This document shows positions 27,049 through 37,270 of a stretch of 64,000 bases of DNA, piece after piece; the stretch's first letter is position 1, and every line of letters begins with the position of its first letter. Origin of the DNA: a virus; the IMG/VR virus record IMGVR_UViG_3300029267_002747, positions 2,325 to 66,324 of that record; one strand, given 5' to 3'. The translations under genes and the position numbers were made by a program. The notes under the pieces were generated by a model that ran no database searches, was not told where the DNA came from, and saw only the letters and a list, made by a program, of their open reading frames with translations.

Positions 27049-29766
27049 TTACAAAGTTTGCCTGAGTTGTGTCTGGTTTGAACGGACATAAATTCTGACG
27101 CGGCCTCTATTCGCCGGAGTCAGGTGGACAAAGTCCACATCCAATATAACTGTGCCCGCATCATTCGGATCTTCAAAAACAGCCAAAATAGAGATGTCTC
27201 TTGCCCTGGCATTTGTGGGATCTAAGAATCTATCCACGACACTCTGGACACCAATTCCGAAATCTTGGAGGAAGTTGCCCTGAGCATCCAATACCCTTGA
27301 TCCATCGAAGAGCCCAGAAGTTGCCAATCTAATTTCCTTGGCAAATTCGTCGACTGCGGCAGTGACCATTTCTTCGACCGTGGTTGAGGACGTATCATCT
27401 GTGGTGACGCCTCTGACTGCATGAATAGTTCCACCGTTCGGAGTAGGCTGCTTAGACAACCATGTTCCGGTTGATAGAATTCTCTGAAGCTGTGTGCGCG
27501 TAAAGTATGGAGTTGTCTTCTCCAAATTATAAACACCGACAGCCTGACGCCCTGCTAGGGGCACCCCAGTCGATACCTGGCTTCTCAAAGCTGCGTATAT
27601 AGCTCCCTGGAAGTATCCTGGGCAATCTTCCCAAATCAAATCACCGCCGCCCCAGATTCCCTCCGTGACACCAGCGGACGGGCCTGCTGAATCATCCGAG
27701 AATACCAACTGGATCTCATCCGGCCACATATTCATTACGCGGCGGCAATCAATGTTCGCACTGTTGGTAGCGATAGCTGTGGCCTGCTCGTCCCGGGTAA
27801 GTGCCTGAGACTGAACAACCCAATTGTTCCAAGCTTCACCAGTGATGGTTATTGCACCTCCAGTGTCGTCTGTTTCTGTAACAGTGACCACTCTGCTGTC
27901 CGTGAATTCTGCGAAATCAACAAAAGTGCTGGCGGGTGTGTAAGCTTGGGTTAGTGTGACGGTACCGCTCGCTGTGATTGCTGCGTCAAACGCTGCTGCG
28001 ACACCTGCAGCTGTACCTGATACTGTATCAACTGCGATAGCTCCTGGGGTCGTGGCTACACCACCGTTATCGAATTCATAAATATCAGTATTCACACCGT
28101 CCGTGATTGTTATAAGTGATTGATCTACAGGAACGCCCCCAAATGTTACTCGTAAATTATCTACAAGCGTTGTGGGCTGAGCTATTGTCAATACGTATGG
28201 ATCAGTAGCAGTTGCTCCTGGCGTGATAGCCACGATTCGGCCGGACTCTCCAGTTGAAGAGTTTGTCACCAAATCACCTACCACAACATCCTGGAATTCA
28301 TCATTATCACCACCAGCGGCAACATTAAATGTAATCGTTGGAAGAGCGACTACTGGAGTTTCCCACTGAGTGAGATCATCTACCTTATCCTCCTGGATGA
28401 CTAATTCAGCTTGCCTCCAAAGAACGCGCTCACCATTCTGACCTTCGGTGGACATAAGGTCTGCGTGGGTCTTCCATGAAGACAGAATAGTTCCGGATGC
28501 GTTCAGAGGAACCAATCCATACGGAGTCTCGTAATTAGAGAGAACTTCCATAGCATTATCATGACCAGCCACAGTATCAGCTGTAAGCTGAAGCGCCTGA
28601 ATCTGCTGGAGGGTATTTCGCAAACCAATAGCTACTGCCATACCGAGTGGGTTGGCTGGGTTAGCCTGACCCAATTCCTGGGTAAAGGTAGTGGTGTCTA
28701 CGTTAATAATTTCTGTAGTACGGTCTGTTCTGCGTGCTACGTAAGTCAAGGCTATGTCACCGACTACATCGGACCCGGTTAGGGTCTTAGTCACCGTATA
28801 AGATTGACCTACTGCATCATCGGACGCTGCCAAAGTGTTGGCTGTTGCGTTATCCTGGACGAAAAGCTGGGCATCACTAGCCACAACCTCAACATCAAAC
28901 ACATTTGTGTCTGACAATGTTATCAAATCACCCGTTTCAACGAAGTACGATGAATTCAAGAAATTGACCGTAGAATCAGTGAAAAGCCTGACGGCCGCAT
29001 CTGCTAGATTAGTTGCTGTGCTGGCACCGCCCACAGAGACATCCAGAGCTGTCAAACTCTCAATTACAAGAGTGGTTGTCCCAGGAAGCCTGTGGACTCG
29101 AATATCCGTTAAGTTAGCTGTAGCGTCCGCAATTCTGGCTCTTATCACCGTAGTTAACCTATCCAGAATTGTCTGGATCGTCGGACTACCTGAAATATCA
29201 ACATCGAAAGATGCTACTGGGGTCAGTTTGAAGGTGTAAGTATCAGAAAGCGTCCCATCTGTCAGGATAAGAGTTTCACCATCTGCCGGGCCTGTCGCAG
29301 AGATCGTCAAAAGAAGGTGATCTTCTTCAGAATATGCCCCGTTAGTGCCGGTCAATGTTGTGTACGTTGGAGAATAATTCTTATCCAAAGTCAACGTAGC
29401 TGTTGACGGAGTCACTGTAATTTCGGAAGAGTCTATCGCTATCTCACCGTATGTATCATGCGTGAAGAATGCTTGCGGTAAAGTCGCTGGAGTTACTCTA
29501 ACACCGTCTGATAGTCTTATAGCTGACGGAGGAGAATAATCCGAAAGAATGGTAGCAGATGTGTCTGCAACACCCGTTACCGAATAACTTGTATCTGTGC
29601 TGAGTCCTCCAACAAATGACCCCATAGCTTCTTTATAGGATACAAACTGGTGGAGACCAATAATAGTTGCAGGAAGCGCGGCTTCCGCAGCTAGCGGCAC
29701 TGAAGTTTGAATAATCTGTGAGGTAGTTACTCTCGGTTCCTGCACAGGTCCAGGTATAGTTGCCAT
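27049..29766 (-). CDS. contractile tail sheath protein with inserted beta-rich domains
   Basis: 905 aa; NPLG, GTWL, RGVTT..EEMVT..VD and C-terminal PANR sheath-like motifs; upstream of the tube gene. Confidence 0.78.
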   Translation of the reverse strand: MATIPGPVQEPRVTTSQIIQTSVPLAAEAALPATIIGLHQFVSYKEAMGSFVGGLSTDTSYSVTGVADTSATILSDYSPPSAIRLSDGVRVTPATLPQAFFTHDTYGEIAIDSSEITVTPSTATLTLDKNYSPTYTTLTGTNGAYSEEDHLLLTISATGPADGETLILTDGTLSDTYTFKLTPVASFDVDISGSPTIQTILDRLTTVIRARIADATANLTDIRVHRLPGTTTLVIESLTALDVSVGGASTATNLADAAVRLFTDSTVNFLNSSYFVETGDLITLSDTNVFDVEVVASDAQLFVQDNATANTLAASDDAVGQSYTVTKTLTGSDVVGDIALTYVARRTDRTTEIINVDTTTFTQELGQANPANPLGMAVAIGLRNTLQQIQALQLTADTVAGHDNAMEVLSNYETPYGLVPLNASGTILSSWKTHADLMSTEGQNGERVLWRQAELVIQEDKVDDLTQWETPVVALPTITFNVAAGGDNDEFQDVVVGDLVTNSSTGESGRIVAITPGATATDPYVLTIAQPTTLVDNLRVTFGGVPVDQSLITITDGVNTDIYEFDNGGVATTPGAIAVDTVSGTAAGVAAAFDAAITASGTVTLTQAYTPASTFVDFAEFTDSRVVTVTETDDTGGAITITGEAWNNWVVQSQALTRDEQATAIATNSANIDCRRVMNMWPDEIQLVFSDDSAGPSAGVTEGIWGGGDLIWEDCPGYFQGAIYAALRSQVSTGVPLAGRQAVGVYNLEKTTPYFTRTQLQRILSTGTWLSKQPTPNGGTIHAVRGVTTDDTSSTTVEEMVTAAVDEFAKEIRLATSGLFDGSRVLDAQGNFLQDFGIGVQSVVDRFLDPTNARARDISILAVFEDPNDAGTVILDVDFVHLTPANRGRVRIYVRSNQTQLRQTL

Positions 29767-29775
29767 AATTTTTTC

Positions 29776-30423
29776 CTAACTACAAGCCCCAAGCGGGTAT
29801 CTAAATTTAATTCTCCACGCTTTTGATTCTTTAACTACAATCCAATTGAATGAGTACAAGGCCACCATATCAAGGGTTGTCACGTACTTCATTCCTTGCG
29901 AATCCCCCAGATCTACAGCCTGGGGTGGATTCAGAGTTGGTTCTTGGAGAGTAAGGAGATTGCTTCTCTGCCGAATCTCATCTCTGAACGTAAGCGTTAT
30001 AGCCCAAATAGTTGAAGCAAGATCCTCAGAATCCCTGGATTTTTGTCCATAACATGAAACACTCAAAGCAGACTGCACCGGAAGAGTGTAATCTGTCTGG
30101 ATAGCGTTAACATGTAAGGCTCTGAGATTATTTATTGTGGTTTTCACAGGAACCACAGGTCCCCTACTGACAATTATCGCTCTCTTCGGCTCTTTGGGGA
30201 GGTGCTCCTCCACATTATCAGCAGCTATTATAAAAGATTCACTGTCCCCATATTTAAATGGATTTGTACAGTCATCAAAAAGTTCGTCCTGGGAAAGAAT
30301 GTCTTTATACATATCTATAAGCAAACGGCGAGCAACCAAATGAGGGCTCGCCATCTGCGAAGTATCGTGATCCTGTCCGGGCTCACGAAATAAGGACTGA
30401 CTATGTGTGGGTTCTGTAGACAT
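29776..30423 (-). CDS. putative tail completion/terminator protein
   Basis: Position immediately upstream of the sheath; AIIVSRG and SVSCY..SEDLA pattern. Confidence 0.5.
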   Translation of the reverse strand: MSTEPTHSQSLFREPGQDHDTSQMASPHLVARRLLIDMYKDILSQDELFDDCTNPFKYGDSESFIIAADNVEEHLPKEPKRAIIVSRGPVVPVKTTINNLRALHVNAIQTDYTLPVQSALSVSCYGQKSRDSEDLASTIWAITLTFRDEIRQRSNLLTLQEPTLNPPQAVDLGDSQGMKYVTTLDMVALYSFNWIVVKESKAWRIKFRYPLGACS

Positions 30424-30429
30424 TCACGT

Positions 30430-30999
30430 TTAAGCTTCCCAGGCTATCATAAGTTTGTGACCCTCGTTTGTCACAGGTCTTATATGCAACAGATTTGTGG
30501 ACGTAAAAGTATTAACCGCCAGTGCCATTCCAGTGGGAACCATCACACTGCCTCCAGACACTGTGATAGTTTTATTCCCGTCTGTAGCTCCAATGTCTAC
30601 ATTTCTGAGGATCAACACCTGGCCTGACGAATCTACTGACGCTTCAATAGGTAAAACACTGGCCTGGATTGCCTTAGCTGTGATTTGGAGTTTTTTGAAG
30701 GCTTCAGACCCGGGAGTGTGAAAATCGCCCGCAGAATCTCCAAGACGCCTAAAATCCAGAGGAGTGTTTGTTCCTGTAACCGAACCATCGAAATCTACCT
30801 CAAAGATCACTGATGTGACACCTGAGGTCAAAGTAAATGTTTCTCCATCCACTTCGTCCGGTATCCCGGCTATAGATCCTATTGAGGTTCTAACAGCTTT
30901 GTTAATCTCTGCCAACAATACATCGTCAGGATTAACCGTAGGGAACTCCTGGTGTTTAGGAGCAAAATCAGCATCAATATAAGCTGTCCTAAGTGCCAT
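30430..30999 (-). CDS. virion accessory protein, paralog A
   Basis: Strong end-to-end similarity to 31015..31581 (MALRxAYIDADFxPKHQxFPTVxPDDVL...TNEGHK). Confidence 0.7.
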   Translation of the reverse strand: MALRTAYIDADFAPKHQEFPTVNPDDVLLAEINKAVRTSIGSIAGIPDEVDGETFTLTSGVTSVIFEVDFDGSVTGTNTPLDFRRLGDSAGDFHTPGSEAFKKLQITAKAIQASVLPIEASVDSSGQVLILRNVDIGATDGNKTITVSGGSVMVPTGMALAVNTFTSTNLLHIRPVTNEGHKLMIAWEA

Positions 31000-31014
31000 T
31001 CCTAATCCCCGATA

Positions 31015-31581
31015 CTAAACATCCCAAGCTATCAGAATCTTATGACCCTCATTTGTAAGAGGAACCATATGAAGTAGATCCGCAGAAGGTAACGTATTCA
31101 GCGCCTGGGACATATCTGTTTTAGCTAATGTGCCACCAGTCACAGTTATCGTTGTGTTTCCTGCTGTACCGACATCTACATTCCTCAGAATAAGAGTCTG
31201 ATTAACCATATCTACAGATGGTACTATTGACAATCCACTGCCTTTAATAGCGTTGGCCGCTATTTGAAGCTTTCGGTATGTCTCTGTCGCCGGACTTAAA
31301 AAATCTCCAGCGTTGTCTCCGGATATTGCCCGAAAATCCAGCGGGACATTACCCGGAGTGAATGTGTTGTTGAAATCTATTTCAAACGTCACATTCGTAG
31401 TACCATCATCGATATCGAAAGTGTGGGTATCTGCGGCAGTACCTATGTTTCTGATTTCGCCTATAGCCGTCCTGACGGCCCTGTTGACAGCGGCCTGAAG
31501 TACATCGTCTGGATGTACCGTCGGGAACTGCTGATGCTTAGGAGAGAAATCAGCGTCTATATAAGCCACTCGAAGTGCCAT
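31015..31581 (-). CDS. virion accessory protein, paralog B
   Basis: Tandem paralog of 30430..30999. Confidence 0.7.
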   Translation of the reverse strand: MALRVAYIDADFSPKHQQFPTVHPDDVLQAAVNRAVRTAIGEIRNIGTAADTHTFDIDDGTTNVTFEIDFNNTFTPGNVPLDFRAISGDNAGDFLSPATETYRKLQIAANAIKGSGLSIVPSVDMVNQTLILRNVDVGTAGNTTITVTGGTLAKTDMSQALNTLPSADLLHMVPLTNEGHKILIAWDV

Positions 31582-31598
31582 TTTCGACCCTCACAAAT

Positions 31599-32171
31599 TT
31601 AGAGAGCATTAACAATCGTGTTGATCACATCGTTAACCAAAGGCTCGTACCTATTCATGGTATCTTCGACACCCTGCTGGAAAGCTGCGGCTTTGGAAAG
31701 CTCAGAAATATGAACGCCGTCTATCATCAGACCAGCTTCGTGAATCATATCTTCTGGGATCTCTTCCTCGGCTTCGCCAACCTCTTCTTCGGCCTCTTCG
31801 CCTTCTTCATCCTCTTCGCGGGCCTGGAGTGCTTGCAGAACAGCCGCTTCCTCAGGGCTCATGCCTTCTTCGACATCCTCTTCTTCTCCGCCCCCTTCGA
31901 GCAAAGCTTCTGCTTCTGGGTCACCCAACATATCGTCAGCGGTTTTTTCTTCTTCGTCAATGACGATACCATCATTAGTTTTGCGAAGTTCAAAGGCTGC
32001 CTTCTCAAGCTCTTCCGAAAGAAGTGACGCAGCATCAAAAGAGGCGATTTCGTCATCTTCCTCGAGTAGACCTGCTTCCTTCCACAGTTCGGTTTCGTTG
32101 GTGCCTACAGCATCCAGATCTTGTTTAATCCCGGCGAACAGGGCCTGGGCCTTGTCATCATGTTCGTACAT
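31599..32171 (-). CDS. acidic KxA-motif head/scaffold-like protein
   Basis: Very Glu-rich; KEA, KAA, KTA and KAA motifs. Confidence 0.65.
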   Translation of the reverse strand: MYEHDDKAQALFAGIKQDLDAVGTNETELWKEAGLLEEDDEIASFDAASLLSEELEKAAFELRKTNDGIVIDEEEKTADDMLGDPEAEALLEGGGEEEDVEEGMSPEEAAVLQALQAREEDEEGEEAEEEVGEAEEEIPEDMIHEAGLMIDGVHISELSKAAAFQQGVEDTMNRYEPLVNDVINTIVNAL

Positions 32172-32230
32172 AATTCAGTCCTTTTACTGAAACTCAAAAT
32201 CACGTTCAGACTAAAATCGTTGTAGTATTT

Positions 32231-33025
32231 TTATATAACTAATTGCAAACCTTCGCTATCCGCTGGTGTTGGCATTGGAAGATTTGTCTCAACCCTGGTT
32301 GGATCAATTTGGCGACATTCTAACATTTGGCTCACAACCATTCGTTGGTCCTCTGTAGGTGTCACAGAATTAATCAACCACCAATTACTTTTGCCTACCT
32401 CATAAAGCACATCTCTGGGGACCACTAAGGGAAAATTCATCATATCAACCTGAGTATAACCTATTTCCCTGAGCTCTTGTCCGACTCTATTCCGAGCTGT
32501 AACAGGCATATAATGGGCCTGGATCCGGATCGGGGGGTAATATCCTCCCAGAAAACCTGTCCCCATACATACAGGACAATCAGACTGGGTAACCTGCTCT
32601 TCTATCGGATCGTAACACTCTGGGCATCTGGCACCATCCTGACGCCTTTTGTAAACTAAAGTATCCCGACCTTTAATGTGCCTGAATACCATGCTCTTAG
32701 CCCTAATGATGTACAAAGCTCGAGGGGACAAAGCACCAGCATCCAAAGAATTGACTGGTGACAAAACCTCTCGACCCGTGCTATCTGTTAATTTTATCCG
32801 ATAGAAATAATCACTCCATTTGGATAAATGGGAAGCATTATGATCAATGAAATAAAACTGATCTGTAATTTGACCGATGAGCTCGAAAGGACCTTCCTGG
32901 CTAATAGAACGCTCCACCTGGAACTCTATTACCGAAAGATCCTCATTTGTAGGCTCAACAGCCCAACTGAGCACCACATTGCTCGTATTGATAGCTGTGA
33001 TATCTAATCGTTCAAATACTATCAC
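32231..33025 (-). CDS. putative head closure/neck protein with Zn finger
   Basis: RCPECYD...CPVCMGTGFLGGY; beta-sandwich-like N-terminus; between capsid and tail genes. Confidence 0.6.
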   Translation of the reverse strand: MIVFERLDITAINTSNVVLSWAVEPTNEDLSVIEFQVERSISQEGPFELIGQITDQFYFIDHNASHLSKWSDYFYRIKLTDSTGREVLSPVNSLDAGALSPRALYIIRAKSMVFRHIKGRDTLVYKRRQDGARCPECYDPIEEQVTQSDCPVCMGTGFLGGYYPPIRIQAHYMPVTARNRVGQELREIGYTQVDMMNFPLVVPRDVLYEVGKSNWWLINSVTPTEDQRMVVSQMLECRQIDPTRVETNLPMPTPADSEGLQLVI

Positions 33026-33558
33026 TAAAAGCTTTCCCCACTAGAGCTGTTGTAGCCCCGGCTCATCTCTGAGGGAGCTCCGCCCCAGGCCTGTTCCATA
33101 TTGATTTGAGTCTTAATAGAAAGCTTGAGCTGACTATATTCCTGCTCCCACCGATCGATGAGTTGCATGAAATTTTTCCACTTATCGTTGATTGAGTAGG
33201 CGGTATTGCCGTCTTGGTAATTTAATTCATTCCGAGCGTGGAAAATACTAGCAGACTTAAGCGCTTCACACGCAGCTTTGAGTCGTAAAGCATAGCGTCC
33301 ACCCATAGGGAAATTTGCGAAGGATACTTGCCCCACATCCGGAGGTGTGGCATTCCAATCCATTAAAGCAGCACCCCAGGCATCACCCAACTGGGCATCA
33401 GTAGACTCAAAATCATTATCTAGGAGAATATTTAAGTCTCTCTGATCTCTTAGATAATTTCGCAAAGCCTCTATCCACTTTTTTGGGGGTAGTGGAAAGA
33501 ACGAATCTTCATCATCTGATCCGCCTGCGGGTGGACTGTTGTTTGGAGGCTCAGCCAT
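33025..33558 (-). CDS. putative head-tail adaptor
   Basis: Helical 177-aa protein (LRNYLRD, NELNYQDG) downstream of the capsid gene. Confidence 0.55.
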   Translation of the reverse strand: MAEPPNNSPPAGGSDDEDSFFPLPPKKWIEALRNYLRDQRDLNILLDNDFESTDAQLGDAWGAALMDWNATPPDVGQVSFANFPMGGRYALRLKAACEALKSASIFHARNELNYQDGNTAYSINDKWKNFMQLIDRWEQEYSQLKLSIKTQINMEQAWGGAPSEMSRGYNSSSGESF

Positions 33559-33561
33559 AGA

Positions 33562-33906
33562 TTACGCCTTTTTGAGGTCGACTTTTTGTTCGGGTGCATC
33601 GAAAGCTAAATAATCTGAATCTTCTGGGATTTTATTTCTAGTAGGCTTCACAGGAGGCCATTGTGATGCAATTACTGGAAGAATGCCTTTATTACTACTT
33701 TTCGGTCTAAACATCTCTGCCGGGAGTTCTTCCCCGGTATCTGCATTCCAAGCCTGAAGCCTATTAATACGAATCAAGGACATAAGCTGGGCTCTACGGG
33801 CCGAGAATTCTGAAACCACTGTGGTTTCCCCGGGGAGCAGTGGCTCCAAACCGATTATCGGGAGCCGCAACATAGACCTTGATAGATTTTTTATTTTTAT
33901 TTCCAT
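33562..33906 (-). CDS. hypothetical virion-associated protein
   Basis: 114-aa ORF after the capsid terminator. Confidence 0.6.
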   Translation of the reverse strand: MEIKIKNLSRSMLRLPIIGLEPLLPGETTVVSEFSARRAQLMSLIRINRLQAWNADTGEELPAEMFRPKSSNKGILPVIASQWPPVKPTRNKIPEDSDYLAFDAPEQKVDLKKA

Positions 33907-33924
33907 CTCTAATCATCTCTCGTA

Positions 33925-33963
33925 AGAAAGAGAAGGGGAGAAGTTTCCTCCTCCCCCTATCTC
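33925..33963 (-). terminator. terminator after the major capsid gene
   Basis: Minus strand GGGGAGGAG-GAAA-CTTCTCCCC followed by TTCTCTTTCTT. Confidence 0.7.
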
Positions 33964-33991
33964 GCCATTCAGCTATAAACGTCGCCTCTAC

Positions 33992-35113
33992 TTATGCAGT
34001 TGCGTCGTTGGCATCCGGACGTGTGGTCAGTGATGCATAGATCCTGATAGTCTGAGAAGCGTGAACCGTTGCCGGGACTGGAACGTCTACCGGAGCGGAA
34101 CCTGCAAGAATCAGGAGAGCGCATGCATTGACATTGCCAATACCCATACCGACAAGCTCGTGTGCATAGAGTTCAACCTCGTCACGATACTTGTTGATGT
34201 AGAACTGGACGCCCTGAAGGATAAGGAACTTACCCAAGGCTTCCTTGTTGGCAAAGCCATAGATATGACCCTGACGGACGTAGCCGGGGTTGCTCTTGAT
34301 GGTGGTCACGTATTCGATTCCACCGATCGTGGCTGACTTGTAACCGTCGACGGTGATTTCGTCTGCGGTGTTCAGGCCGACCTCGCTTGAGAACCACCTC
34401 ATGGTGTCATCATAGTTGGTGACGTGCATGAGGAAGACCCTGAGCTCGAGCTCACGGCTGTGAATCATCTGGCGCAGCTCAGTGAGAGTGTCACGGAACA
34501 TTGCGGTAGATGTGGAAAGGAAGATATTGGAGTTAGCTGGAGTCGCTGAACCGAAGAAGGTGTCAACGTAGGTTCCGTCACCAACGCCAGTATCGATATT
34601 GAGAAGGCCGCCAGCAGTTCTATCTGTGGCGTTCAGTCTCAGTGTGGAGAGGAATGCACAGGCCTTGACCATCTCCAGGAAGTGGATATCTTCCTGCTCC
34701 TGGATATCCTTGAGCGTGTTCTGCTCAACGATCTTCAGGAATGGCTCACGGTGAGCAAGAAGCTCGGCCTCATTCTTCCGCCACGCATGGCTCTGGTACT
34801 TGCGGAATTTGATCGCAAAGCGCTTTCCGCCCAGATACGTGTTCGGGGGACCACCACGAATATCGGCTGCGACTGCAATAGTCTGCGGCTCGATCGGGAC
34901 ATGGTATTCCATCTCGTCGTTGACGGTATTGGTTATGCATTCTCCTGCTGTAACCGTCTGAACATCCAGGATCTTGCGGGCATTTCCTGCCTCGCGAATT
35001 TTTTCTTGAATATAATCACCGAGGCGGGCCGCCAGCTTCTGGTGGTTGGCCGCTCCCGAGCGAAGAGCATTCAAGAGGAGCCCGTTAAACTCCGATGAAG
35101 CAATAACACTCAT
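33992..35113 (-). CDS. major capsid protein (probable HK97 fold)
   Basis: About 373 aa from ATG 35113 (GAGGT SD); KDIQEQEDIHFL and ELVGMGIGNVNA motifs; strong C-ending codon bias; followed by a terminator; downstream of protease and scaffold genes. Confidence 0.78.
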   Translation of the reverse strand: MSVIASSEFNGLLLNALRSGAANHQKLAARLGDYIQEKIREAGNARKILDVQTVTAGECITNTVNDEMEYHVPIEPQTIAVAADIRGGPPNTYLGGKRFAIKFRKYQSHAWRKNEAELLAHREPFLKIVEQNTLKDIQEQEDIHFLEMVKACAFLSTLRLNATDRTAGGLLNIDTGVGDGTYVDTFFGSATPANSNIFLSTSTAMFRDTLTELRQMIHSRELELRVFLMHVTNYDDTMRWFSSEVGLNTADEITVDGYKSATIGGIEYVTTIKSNPGYVRQGHIYGFANKEALGKFLILQGVQFYINKYRDEVELYAHELVGMGIGNVNACALLILAGSAPVDVPVPATVHASQTIRIYASLTTRPDANDATA

Positions 35114-35172
35114 GCTAATTACCTCGCTTAAAAGCAAAAATTAATAAAGAAAACGGAGTCAAACAATGCTCC

Positions 35173-35799
35173 TTAACCTACGCGGAATGAGACGTTGTAG
35201 AATGTGAACCAGAGAATCTGGCCACCTTCAACACGCTCTACTACACCAAACGCATGCTCATTAGTATTGAGCGCGTACAGGCCACCTGTGAGACCGCCAG
35301 TCGGACGACCAAACTTGACCTCACCATTCCTCGGAACCGTTGCTCCACCATTCTCGGTGAAGAGAATCAGGTACTGACCAGGGGTTTCGAGAGTACCATC
35401 GGTGACGTGACCGTCATCGAAGTACTGATTGGTGTAAGGAAGTCCGACACGAAGGCCAGAACCCTTAAGACCAGCAAAGTTGGTTGAAAGCTGACTCTGA
35501 TACAGTGGACCACCAGTTTCGACAATATCCTGGGTGATGGAGGTACTGCTTGTGTTGGTGTTCGAGACACGGATGTAGATTTCCCTCTCCGAATTTGCAG
35601 CCGGAGTCGTTGCCAAGGTGGCACTAGGAAGTACAGCTGTCCCGGTCGCGTCCATTACAAACGGAGCTCCCACAGGGATGTCGTCTGCGCCCTGATCGGC
35701 TGAAATCAGTCGATAGGCCTGGCGATTCGCATCAATTTGCACAGGGTCCGCTGTGAGCCTAAGCCCTGAGGTTCCCTGGATAACAAAATCATTCGCCAT
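35173..35799 (-). CDS. putative capsid decoration/cement protein
   Basis: Beta-rich 208-aa ORF immediately upstream of the capsid gene with a similar high-expression codon bias. Confidence 0.5.
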   Translation of the reverse strand: MANDFVIQGTSGLRLTADPVQIDANRQAYRLISADQGADDIPVGAPFVMDATGTAVLPSATLATTPAANSEREIYIRVSNTNTSSTSITQDIVETGGPLYQSQLSTNFAGLKGSGLRVGLPYTNQYFDDGHVTDGTLETPGQYLILFTENGGATVPRNGEVKFGRPTGGLTGGLYALNTNEHAFGVVERVEGGQILWFTFYNVSFRVG

Positions 35800-35838
35800 A
35801 ATTTATTACCTCATATTAGCAGAACTAAAATATATCCA

Positions 35839-36237
35839 TTAAGGCTTTAAGGGATTCGGAATCCCATAAAGATCTTCTCTTAATTCGACAAGAAGCTCCT
35901 CCACTGGGTTTACCTCTTCGCCTTGGTGTAACAGCCATCCCCGTTTTGTTCTGCCGTTATCAAACGGAACATGACTGATTGTTTCTTCAAACGCAGATGT
36001 CGCAGAACGCCTGTTAGACATCTCATATGCTCTTTTCTCGACCTCTAGGTCACTCTTTACTATTCTATCCACTTCATCAAAGACCTCAGAAGGATCGAGA
36101 CGTTTATCTGCCACCTTCTGCAGCACAAAGTGCTGGGCCTCTGCTACTTTTAGTAGATGTTCAGACTTCTCACGCAGGGGTTGTACCTTGCGAAGAAGAC
36201 TGGCCATCTTCTTAAGCATTGTCGAAGTGATCTTCAT
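35839..36237 (-). CDS. KxA-motif head assembly protein
   Basis: Helical; KMA, KVA, KVA, KRA. Confidence 0.6.
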   Translation of the reverse strand: MKITSTMLKKMASLLRKVQPLREKSEHLLKVAEAQHFVLQKVADKRLDPSEVFDEVDRIVKSDLEVEKRAYEMSNRRSATSAFEETISHVPFDNGRTKRGWLLHQGEEVNPVEELLVELREDLYGIPNPLKP

Positions 36238-36239
36238 CT

Positions 36240-36401
36240 TTATTCCATCCGGGCTAAATCATCCGCAAGAATAAGTGCGAGTGCCATGCCTAGCTTAACC
36301 TCATGCTCCAGGTCATCCCTGGACCCGAGATCGTCAGGCTGTTCCTTCTCCGGTAGAACTTTACCCCCGGAGCTCTCTAAAGCATCGCGAAGATCATTCA
36401 T
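36240..36401 (-). CDS. 53-aa small protein below the ORF-track cutoff
   Basis: MNDLRDALESSGGKVLPEKEQPDDLGSRDDLEHEVKLGMALALILADDLARME; exactly fills the gap, overlapping the upstream stop and ending 2 nt before the next ATG. Confidence 0.65.
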   Translation of the reverse strand: MNDLRDALESSGGKVLPEKEQPDDLGSRDDLEHEVKLGMALALILADDLARME

Positions 36402-36720
36402 TGTTAGTCATTACCTGCTCAAGAATAAGATCGGCTGCTTTCTCACCAAGTGCCGCTGCGGTCTTAACCCGCTCTACGTACTCCGGAGAGGTTTCCAGCA
36501 TCTCTTCAAAGACCATCTGCTCGGCAAGCTTGAGGATAGTGATCTGGGGAAGATTTACTTCCTTGACCTCTTCATCCTGCGTTATAGCCTCTTCGTAAGC
36601 CGCGATCTTATCGATCGTCTGCTCATCCAGAGTACTGCCCAGCAACATAGCTTCCTGCTGATACAGGTCCTTATCTAAAACTTCGTTGATGGCCTTGGCC
36701 ATACCCGCGAATTTATTCAT
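36394..36720 (-). CDS. KxA-motif head assembly protein
   Basis: 108 aa; KFA, KIA, KLA, KTA, KAA. Confidence 0.65.
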   Translation of the reverse strand: MNKFAGMAKAINEVLDKDLYQQEAMLLGSTLDEQTIDKIAAYEEAITQDEEVKEVNLPQITILKLAEQMVFEEMLETSPEYVERVKTAAALGEKAADLILEQVMTNNE

Positions 36721-36724
36721 TTGT

Positions 36725-37258
36725 TTATCCTTTGCGGAAATTTGCTAGAAGCTGATCCGCGTACATACCGGCAGTTTTGACTGTTTCGTGTACATCCTCT
36801 TCGGTGTACTCGTACTCATCCCAATCGGTATCTGCCGCAATTTTTATGAGAATAGCTTGAACGGTACCTGAGACGGCTTCCTTTTCAGCTTCATCAAGAC
36901 CACCAACTCGTTCATTGGCACACTTAATGACTTCCTCTTTAAAGTCGGCATACTTCTTGGCACGAGCGGCAATTTTAGCAACTGCAGCTGTTTTTACGCT
37001 GGCTTCCTTATCTTCCTCTTTGTTGTCCTCTTTATCATCTGAATCGGTTTTTTCCTTTTCAGAATCGGACTTCTCGGATTCAGTAGGCTTTTCGGTCTTC
37101 TCTTCTACGACACTTCCGTCGTTTTCTTTCTCAGGGTTGTAACCCTCTTCGACCTGAACCTGATTTTCCATAAAGCCTGGTGGGAGTGACCCAGCCAATT
37201 TTTCCAGCAGAGCGCCCTCGACCAGACCTTGAATAAGCGTACTCATAGTCGTCTCCAA
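36725..37258 (-). CDS. KxA-motif scaffold-like protein
   Basis: 177 aa, acidic; 9 KxA motifs counted by eye. Confidence 0.7.
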   Translation of the reverse strand: METTMSTLIQGLVEGALLEKLAGSLPPGFMENQVQVEEGYNPEKENDGSVVEEKTEKPTESEKSDSEKEKTDSDDKEDNKEEDKEASVKTAAVAKIAARAKKYADFKEEVIKCANERVGGLDEAEKEAVSGTVQAILIKIAADTDWDEYEYTEEDVHETVKTAGMYADQLLANFRKG

Positions 37259-37270
37259 TTCTGGACTTTA

